Below, in pieces: positions 26,109 through 32,000 of a stretch of 32,000 nucleotides of DNA. The position numbers were made by a program, and so were the translations under genes. Location: the sequence record OQ938587.1, one strand, 5' to 3'. The first letter of the stretch is position 1. Each line of letters opens with the position of its first letter. The stretch comes from Gordonia phage Sapo. The notes under the pieces are model-generated. The model did not search any database, was not told the DNA's origin, and saw nothing but the letters and a program-made list of their open reading frames with translations.

Positions 26109-26828
26109 GTGAACGAGCCGAAGAAGACCCGCGAAGAGAAGCGGTTCGACAAAGTCGCGAAGCTGCTGCGGCAGGCCCAGGACGTGAAGGGCACGCCGGA
26201 GGAGTACGCGTTCAAGGAGAAGGCGTACGCGCTCGCGGCCCAGTACGGGGTCTCGACCGAGCGGGTGCTGCAGTACCTGCAGGACGGCAACCTGGAAGCC
26301 GCGCAGTCGGCCGGTGACTACCGGCGCGAGGTCCTGTTCACGGGGCCGGACCGGGCCGCGCAGGCGGTCCTGGTGGGCGCGCTGGCCGAGGCCCTACACT
26401 CTTTTGCCGTCTCCTTCGGCTCGGGAGACCGCGTCGTGGTCGTGGGGGTCCGCGAACACGTCGACCGCGTCGTCGAGCTCTGGGAAGCCCTCGGGCCGGT
26501 CGCGCTGGAACAGCTAGAGAAGCAGGCCAAGGAGTGGCGTCGCGTCCTGGGCGCCTCGAAGTACCGCAGGTGGCGTTCGTCGTTCTTGTACGGCTTCGCG
26601 GTCGAGGTGCGCGAGCGACTGCAGCGAGTCGAGAAGGAGGTCGCGCGCCAGGCCGGTGCCCTGGTCCTGTTCGAGTCGGACCGCGACCGGGCCGAGAAGG
26701 GTCTGTACAAGCACTACCCAGAGGTGAAGGCTGAACCAGTCGAACAGGTTGACAACCTGGACCTGATCGGGTTCCTGCAGGGCCGCGCCAGCGGCTCCGA
26801 GGCGGACCTTGCGAGCCGTCGGCTCTGA
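26109..26828 (+). CDS. DUF2786-domain protein
   Basis: N-terminus KRFDKVAKLLRQAQDVKGTPEEYAFKEKAYALAAQYGVSTERV matches the DUF2786 pattern. SD AGGAGG. Confidence 0.7.
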   Translation: MNEPKKTREEKRFDKVAKLLRQAQDVKGTPEEYAFKEKAYALAAQYGVSTERVLQYLQDGNLEAAQSAGDYRREVLFTGPDRAAQAVLVGALAEALHSFAVSFGSGDRVVVVGVREHVDRVVELWEALGPVALEQLEKQAKEWRRVLGASKYRRWRSSFLYGFAVEVRERLQRVEKEVARQAGALVLFESDRDRAEKGLYKHYPEVKAEPVEQVDNLDLIGFLQGRASGSEADLASRRL

Positions 26829-26838
26829 CTGCTAGGCT
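26809..26838 (+). promoter_or_regulatory. Promoter candidate upstream of purZ-like gene
   Basis: TTGCGA-N18-TAGGCT, followed by GACTAGCGG and the purine-rich leader AAGAAAAGAGAGAAGGAAAC. Confidence 0.5.
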
Positions 26839-26878
26839 AGACTAGCGGTACCCAAGAAAAGAGAGAAGGAAACTAAAC

Positions 26879-27973
26879 GTGGCAACACTAGACGTGGTCG
26901 TTGGAGCTCAGTTCGGCTCCGAGGCCAAAGGACGAGTCACCCTGGAGGTCTTGCAGCTTCGCGCCCGAGCCGGTCGGCAGGTGGCGTCGGTGCGAGTCGG
27001 CGGTCCCAACGCCGGACACGTGGTTCACGACAAGGGAGTGCGTTTTGCCCTGCGCGCACTGCCGGTCGGCTTCGTGAACCCGCAGGCCCTGCTGCTGGTC
27101 GCTCCCGGTTCCGAGGTGGACTTCGAGGTCTTGCGCGAGGAGGTGGAGCTGGTCGAGTCGCACGGTTACTCGGTGCGCGACCGGCTCTGGTTGCACCCGC
27201 AGGCAACCTGGCTGGAACCCAAGCACGTGGCCGAGGAGGTCGGTTCGACGCTGAACCAGCGAGTCGGCTCGACGGCGAAGGGGATCGGGGCTGCTCGCGC
27301 GGCCCGAGTCTGGCGGACCGCGAACCTGGTCCAGGACAACCCGGAGTTCGCGAAACTCGGGCGAGTCTACGACTTCCTGCCGCACCTGCGACGTCACCAG
27401 GCCGACGAGGACTTCGCGGTCGTGGTCGAAGGGACGCAGGGCTACGGTCTCGGGAGCCACGCGGGCTACTACCCGCAGTGCACTTCGGGCAACGCCCGTG
27501 CGGTGGACTTCGTCGCGCAGCTGGGCTTGAACCCCTGGGACCTGCCCGCACGCTCGGACTTCCTGGTTCACCTGGTCGTGCGACCTTTCCCGATCCGGGT
27601 CGCGGGCAACTCCGGCCCGCTGGAGGGTGAGACTTCCTGGCAGGCCCTGGGAGTTCCGGAGGAGCGGACCACGGTCACCAACAAGGTTCGCCGCGTCGGC
27701 CAGTTCGACCCGGACCTGGTGCGCGAGGCCGTCGAGGCCAACGGGGTTCGCTCCTCGGTTCTGCACCTGTCGTTCGCCGACCAGCTCGCGCCCGCCCTCG
27801 AAGGACAGACCCAAACGCCCTCGGGCTTCTGGGGTTCACAGGACGCGGCTCGGCTGCAGAGCTTCGTCAACGACCTTCCCTACGCCGAGAAGCTGGTGTC
27901 GCTGGGCACCGGACCCGAAACCACCCTCTGGTTGAGCAACTTCGACCACTACTTCGCAGGAGTACAGAAGTGA
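26879..27973 (+). CDS. purZ: PurZ-like N6-succino-2-amino-2'-deoxyadenylate synthase (adenylosuccinate synthetase family)
   Basis: P-loop VVVGAQFGSEAKGRV (PurA GTQWGDEGKGK with catalytic Asp to Ser), GGPNAGHVVHDKG (catalytic His kept), TTVTNKVRRVGQFD, VVEGTQGYGLG. Confidence 0.8.
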   Translation: MATLDVVVGAQFGSEAKGRVTLEVLQLRARAGRQVASVRVGGPNAGHVVHDKGVRFALRALPVGFVNPQALLLVAPGSEVDFEVLREEVELVESHGYSVRDRLWLHPQATWLEPKHVAEEVGSTLNQRVGSTAKGIGAARAARVWRTANLVQDNPEFAKLGRVYDFLPHLRRHQADEDFAVVVEGTQGYGLGSHAGYYPQCTSGNARAVDFVAQLGLNPWDLPARSDFLVHLVVRPFPIRVAGNSGPLEGETSWQALGVPEERTTVTNKVRRVGQFDPDLVREAVEANGVRSSVLHLSFADQLAPALEGQTQTPSGFWGSQDAARLQSFVNDLPYAEKLVSLGTGPETTLWLSNFDHYFAGVQK

Positions 27974-28614
27974 CCGACGCAGGAAAGTTTTGTCAAGCCC
28001 GCCAGGACGTCCCTGGAGGTGACCTGCGCTGCTTCTACCGCGAGGGTCACGGAGGTGACCACTACGACAACGACTGGGGTCTGAAGTGGGCCTTGGCCGA
28101 GGCCGACGACTTCGTGTTCTACCGCGAGAACGAGGTAGCACAGCCGAGGGGGTTCGTCGAGAAGGCGGTCGAGGAGGCCACCGAGAGCTCGTTCGTCGAG
28201 CAGTCGGTCGAAGAAGTCCCCGTCTCGGAGGCCGAGGCCCACGCGCACTCGCTGGCCGAGGGCCTCTCGGCGGTCCTCGCGAGCCACGGAGTCCTGGACC
28301 CGACCGTGCACTGGTGGGTCCAGCACTCCCTGCAGGAGGCTTTGCCCACGGTCGCGAAGGCCAAGGAGTACGGCACCGTCGAGCTCGTCGAGGCTGGACG
28401 TTTGCTGGGTTCGCAGTTGACCGGGTACCAGGGCAAGCCGGTCAACGACCAGCAGGCCCTGGAACTGCAGGTCTACCAGTACGTCGTCGGCAAGCTCGGC
28501 CGGTGGACTGCGGCAGTGCGTCGCGGTGAACCGGTCAGCGACGACACCCTGTTCGACCTGGGCGTGTACGCCCGACTTGTACAGAAAGCACGAGAGACCG
28601 GAGAGTGGCCGTGA
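27970..28614 (+). CDS. Putative MazG-like nucleotide pyrophosphohydrolase (MazZ candidate) with N-terminal Cys/His motif
   Basis: C-terminal helical block VELVEAGRLLGSQLTGYQGKPVNDQQALELQVYQYVVGKLGRWTAAVRRGEPVSDDTLFDLGVYARLVQKARETGEWP resembles a phage family often labelled MazG-like. Translationally coupled to purZ. N-terminus CRH-type CQARQ...LRCFYREGHGGDH. Confidence 0.45.
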   Translation: MTDAGKFCQARQDVPGGDLRCFYREGHGGDHYDNDWGLKWALAEADDFVFYRENEVAQPRGFVEKAVEEATESSFVEQSVEEVPVSEAEAHAHSLAEGLSAVLASHGVLDPTVHWWVQHSLQEALPTVAKAKEYGTVELVEAGRLLGSQLTGYQGKPVNDQQALELQVYQYVVGKLGRWTAAVRRGEPVSDDTLFDLGVYARLVQKARETGEWP

Positions 28615-28979
28615 AACCCCAAGACGCAAGCGACCGTCAAAAGAAGTGGAACCGGGTCTGTGCGGAGTTCGAGCCGCACCGAGAGGCCCGCGAGAAGCTC
28701 ACCAACCTGGTGAGTCTGCTCAAGACCTGGGGCAACGTCGCCGCGCCCGGTCTCTCGGAGAACTACCGAGGAGGTGCGAACGAGGACCTGCGGAACACGG
28801 TTGTCCGGGCGGTCTACGCGGCCGTCTCGGCCTGGCCCAAGCGTTTCGTGGTTACTCCCTCGACGGCCGACTTCCTCACTGACGAGCTGGCCACCTTCCA
28901 CGGGCAACTGTCGGACGCGACCGACCGCCTGGTCGTCGGCAAGCTCGCGGACCTGCTGGCGAGAGCGAGTGGTAAGTGA
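28605..28979 (+). CDS. Hypothetical helical protein (124 aa)
   Basis: ORF overlapping both neighbours in the operon; no recognised motif. Confidence 0.6.
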   Translation: MAVKPQDASDRQKKWNRVCAEFEPHREAREKLTNLVSLLKTWGNVAAPGLSENYRGGANEDLRNTVVRAVYAAVSAWPKRFVVTPSTADFLTDELATFHGQLSDATDRLVVGKLADLLARASGK

Positions 28980-29467
28980 CTCCGACACCGTACGTCTACC
29001 TGGCGAGCCCGGTCGACCAGGCGTTGCCACAGACCGAGTCGGACGTGGTCACCTGGGGTCAAGCCAACCCGGACAACTTCGAGGGTGCTCGGGGAGTGGC
29101 GTTTCTGGCGAAGTGCTTTTTGGACAACGTCGAGGCCGTGGTCTTCGACCCCAAGAAGGCCTGGCAGGTCTTCAGCGAACCCGCGCCGGACGGTACCTTG
29201 CAGAGGGCCAACCTGAAGGTACTGGAGCACTGCAGCCACCTGGTAGCAGTGCTCCCGTACGGGGTTCCGACCCTGGGCGTCCCCGTCGAGGTTCAGTACG
29301 CTCTAGACCTGAGGAAGCGGGTGTTGGTCCTGACCGACCACTCCCGCTCCTGGGTCGCGGCGAAGTGGCGAGAAGACGGGGCGTACGTTCTGGACGTGGC
29401 CGAGGGCCAGGCCACCTTGGACCAGCGGCTGCTTGACCTGAAGGAGTGGTTCGCGTGGCAGAGCTGA
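28976..29467 (+). CDS. Nucleoside 2-deoxyribosyltransferase-like protein
   Basis: YVYLASPVDQA start motif, HCSHLVAVLPYGVPTLGVPVEVQYALDLRKRVLVLTD core. Confidence 0.55.
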   Translation: MTPTPYVYLASPVDQALPQTESDVVTWGQANPDNFEGARGVAFLAKCFLDNVEAVVFDPKKAWQVFSEPAPDGTLQRANLKVLEHCSHLVAVLPYGVPTLGVPVEVQYALDLRKRVLVLTDHSRSWVAAKWREDGAYVLDVAEGQATLDQRLLDLKEWFAWQS

Positions 29468-29655
29468 AGAAGTTGAACTACAAGGGTAAGGTGGAAGCCG
29501 ACCTGGGAGACGCCTTCGGGCCGGACTCCCAGGGAGCCTGGTACTCGGTGGTCGACTCGACCTACGACCCCGAGAAGGACCGCACAACACTAGAGCTCGC
29601 GCCGGTCTACCGGCCGGGGGTAGGAGGAAGAGTCCGTGTCCAAGGAGGAAACTGA
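29455..29655 (+). CDS. Small hypothetical protein (66 aa)
   Basis: GTG start at 29455: VAELKKLNYKGKVEADLGDAFGPDSQGAWYSVVDSTYDPEKD... Confidence 0.5.
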   Translation: MAELKKLNYKGKVEADLGDAFGPDSQGAWYSVVDSTYDPEKDRTTLELAPVYRPGVGGRVRVQGGN

Positions 29656-30199
29656 AGGCGACTTCGGGGGTCTGTTCGCGAACCCCGGCCCGAACGTCTT
29701 CTCAGAGTTCTTCAACGGCAACCAGCCAGGAGGGGTACCGCAGGTCAAGCGGACGCTTCCCGGCCTCGACCAGCTGCAGTTCGGGCCGGTCGACGCGGAG
29801 AAGCCCTCGTGGCACCCTTCGCGCAGTCACGTCAACGACGCGGGTTTCGACCTGTACGTCACCGAGCGCACGGTACTGCGGCCGGGTGAGTTCAAGGACC
29901 TGCCGACCAACGTCTGGGTGGCCCTGCCGGACGAGTACTGGGGACTGGTCACCGGCCGCTCCTCGGCACTGCGCAAGCACGGGCTGTTGGTGCACTCGGG
30001 CGTAGTGGACGCGGGGTACCGAGGCGAGCTCTTCGCGGGCGCGTTCAACCTGTCCGGTAACCAGGTGGTCGTGGAGGCAGGGTGGCGTCTCGCCCAGTTC
30101 CTGCCCTTGGGCCGGTACACGGGAGACGTGGTCTGGAACGAGGGTGAACCGCCACCCGGTACTCGTGGTTCCGACGGGTTTGGGAGTACGGGCCAGTGA
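29636..30199 (+). CDS. dut: dUTPase / dCTP deaminase-superfamily nucleotidohydrolase
   Basis: DAGFDLYVTE, GLVTGRSSALRKHGLLVHSGVVDAGYRGELFAGAFN, EAGWRLAQFLPL match trimeric dUTPase motifs. Confidence 0.85.
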   Translation: MSKEETEGDFGGLFANPGPNVFSEFFNGNQPGGVPQVKRTLPGLDQLQFGPVDAEKPSWHPSRSHVNDAGFDLYVTERTVLRPGEFKDLPTNVWVALPDEYWGLVTGRSSALRKHGLLVHSGVVDAGYRGELFAGAFNLSGNQVVVEAGWRLAQFLPLGRYTGDVVWNEGEPPPGTRGSDGFGSTGQ

Positions 30200-30402
30200 G
30201 CCGGGTCAAGGTGGTCAAGAAGGGTAGGGGTCCGTGCGCTAGCCACGACTTCCCCGCGTTCGAGACGCGCACTGGGGACGTGGTTGAGTGCGAGACCTGT
30301 GGGTACCGCTGGGTGGCTAGGGTTCGCAACGGCAAGACGACCTGGTGGCGCAAAAAGACTCTTCGTGAAGCTTTCCAAGAAAGCCTGGGGGGTCTGCCGT
30401 GA
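30196..30402 (+). CDS. Small putative zinc-binding protein (68 aa)
   Basis: GTG start; CASHDFPAFETRTGDVVECETCGYRW. Confidence 0.55.
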   Translation: MSRVKVVKKGRGPCASHDFPAFETRTGDVVECETCGYRWVARVRNGKTTWWRKKTLREAFQESLGGLP

Positions 30403-30593
30403 ACCGCCACGTCGAGAGCAGCCCTGCAGTGTTCGGTGGAAAGGGTGACCAGGAGGGCAGGGTACTGGTCGTACAGTTTCGGTACGAGGGCGAGAAGTTG
30501 ACCTCGGGAGACCTGGTCCTCACGCGAGGGCAGGCCCTTCGACTCGCCACTCGGTTGGTCAAGCAAGCACTACTAGAGGCGGTGGGTTGGTGA
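30399..30593 (+). CDS. Hypothetical protein (64 aa)
   Basis: GTGA overlap with the upstream stop. Confidence 0.5.
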   Translation: MNRHVESSPAVFGGKGDQEGRVLVVQFRYEGEKLTSGDLVLTRGQALRLATRLVKQALLEAVGW

Positions 30594-30862
30594 GTCAAGA
30601 GGCAAGGGTCCGGTACTTGACCGGCAAACTGGGGGTCTTGGTGAAGTCGGCCGAGAGCTTCACTGTACGAGAGGGTCCCCTCGCGGTGGAGGTGGTCAAC
30701 GAGAAGACCCACCTGGAGGTACACCTGAAAGACGGTTCGTACTCGAACCGACAGGCTGCCTTCAGTCTGCCCACCGAGAGAACCGCAGTCACAGACCGGG
30801 TGGTAGAGTCACTCGCCACTTTGGTGGCCGTGTTCGAGGAAGCCTGGAGGTACGGGAAGTGA
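30590..30862 (+). CDS. Hypothetical protein (90 aa)
   Basis: GTGA overlap start at 30590: VSQEARVRYLTGKLGVLVKS... Confidence 0.5.
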   Translation: MSQEARVRYLTGKLGVLVKSAESFTVREGPLAVEVVNEKTHLEVHLKDGSYSNRQAAFSLPTERTAVTDRVVESLATLVAVFEEAWRYGK

Positions 30863-31125
30863 GTTTCTGGGAGGTGTACCTGGTCGCACTGTTGGCGGTG
30901 GTCACGGTGCGGGTAGTCCTCGCAGTCGTGCAGTACCTGGGCCGGGAGTTCGTGCAGGCGCGCTTGGACGTGAAGGAGGAGCAGTTGCGTGCCCAGGCAG
31001 TGGCGAACCCGGCAGAGGTGGCGCGCCGGTTGGGCCTGCCCGAGTCTGCGGTCAAACGGTTCGTCGAAGGGGAGGGGGTGAGACGTGAGCTTCGGGTACA
31101 CGACCGACCCCACGAAACGGAGTAA
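30859..31125 (+). CDS. Membrane-anchored hypothetical protein (88 aa)
   Basis: VSFWEVYLVALLAVVTVRVVLAVVQYLGREF N-terminal TM; GTGA overlap. Confidence 0.5.
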   Translation: MSFWEVYLVALLAVVTVRVVLAVVQYLGREFVQARLDVKEEQLRAQAVANPAEVARRLGLPESAVKRFVEGEGVRRELRVHDRPHETE

Positions 31126-31687
31126 GACCGACGACTACCCTACCGACAGTAGGTGGGTGGACGTACTGCTGGACAACACCCGTACCTCGTTGCGGTACGC
31201 ACACGCCACGGGTGACCTGGTTTTTGACCTGGCCGTGTCCGGGCCAAAGTCCCAGTTGGTAGACGCACTGCGGGCAAGGGACGTGCGGGCGTACGCCCAC
31301 GACCTGGACTTCTTCGACGAGGAGAACGAGGCGTGGTTACGGACGGGTGGGTTGCAGCTCCCGTACCACCACGTGACCAACCCACCGTACAAGGTGTTCA
31401 AGGACTGGGCAGTGCGGGCGTTGGACGTGACGCCTGGGTGCGTGGCCCTGTTGGGTGGGGTGCACGCGTTGGCCAGCAAACACAGGCGTGAGGAGCTGTG
31501 GTTGCCGCACCGACCAACTGAGGTCTTGGTTGTGGTTAACAACCAGACCGTGTTGGGCAAGACGTCACAGTTCGCGCACGTTTGGTTCGTGTGGGACGAA
31601 GACCGAACGCCCTCGGCTAGGCTAGACTGGGTGCAGGCCGACACGAGCAAGCCAGCACTACACCGCAGTGTTGCACCACAGGAGTAA
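31085..31687 (+). CDS. Putative SAM-dependent DNA methyltransferase-like protein with NPPY motif
   Basis: VFDLAVSGPKSQLVDALRARDVRAYAHDLD (degenerate motif I-like) and HVTNPPYKVFKDWAVRAL (motif IV NPPY), WFVWD C-terminal strand. Confidence 0.45.
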   Translation: MSFGYTTDPTKRSKTDDYPTDSRWVDVLLDNTRTSLRYAHATGDLVFDLAVSGPKSQLVDALRARDVRAYAHDLDFFDEENEAWLRTGGLQLPYHHVTNPPYKVFKDWAVRALDVTPGCVALLGGVHALASKHRREELWLPHRPTEVLVVVNNQTVLGKTSQFAHVWFVWDEDRTPSARLDWVQADTSKPALHRSVAPQE

Positions 31688-31697
31688 GCTTTAACAG

Positions 31698-32000
31698 GTG
31701 ACCGCACAACCACGCAGGGACAGTAAGAGGTACCGGGCACTGAAGGTAGCCTTCAGGGCAGAGTGCCAGGCTGTCGACGAACCCTGCTGGTTGTGCGGTC
31801 AACCTGTCGACTGGTCGGTTGAGGTGGCTGGGCCGGACGACCCCGAGGGCTTTAGCCTGGACCACTTCCACCCGTGGTCGACCCACCCGGAGTACCGGTT
31901 GGACCCCGGCAACTTCCGGTGCGCCCACTGGCTGTGCAACTCCGACCGGGGCGACCGGGCACCGGCACCTAGTCTGGGGGTACCCTCCCGTGTGTGGTAG
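31698..32000 (+). CDS. HNH endonuclease
   Basis: CWLCGQPVDWSV...FSLDHFHPWSTHPEYRLDPGNFRCAHWLCNSDRG, an HNH with zinc ribbon; stop codon TAG at 31998-32000. Confidence 0.85.
   Translation: MTAQPRRDSKRYRALKVAFRAECQAVDEPCWLCGQPVDWSVEVAGPDDPEGFSLDHFHPWSTHPEYRLDPGNFRCAHWLCNSDRGDRAPAPSLGVPSRVW

Overview
The window looks like about 32 kb of a high-GC actinobacteriophage (siphovirus) genome. The left arm is the late region: C-terminus of a probable tape measure protein, minor tail proteins, an endolysin with LGFP repeats, holin-like and membrane proteins, and collagen-like/fibre proteins. A leftward early operon follows (11384-19706): PrimPol-helicase fusion, DUF669/SSB-like protein, Sak4-like ATPase, Cas4/RecB-like nuclease, RuvC-like resolvase, SNF2 helicase and PurB. 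It is divided by a repeat-rich, origin-like divergent region (19707-20275) from a rightward early operon: family A DNA polymerase, LysB-like esterase, several small promoter-bearing cassettes, DUF2786, PurA/PurZ-like synthetase, MazG-like candidate, deoxyribosyltransferase-like protein, dUTPase, an NPPY-motif putative methyltransferase, and HNH. The main biological signal is a probable 2-aminoadenine ('Z') DNA modification pathway. Its parts are a PurZ-like adenylosuccinate synthetase with the catalytic Asp replaced by Ser (GAQFGSEAKG), a phage-encoded PurB, a DpoZ-candidate family A polymerase, and a MazZ candidate directly downstream of purZ. No DatZ-like HD protein is visible in the window. 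Other notable signals are a two-arm TGTGAAC/GTTCACA repeat array with mirrored spacing, at least six copies of a conserved promoter (TTGYGN-N18-TAAACT-like), a tRNA-like sequence with an aberrant anticodon loop, and unusual gene overlaps. All calls come from reading the sequence; no searches were run.
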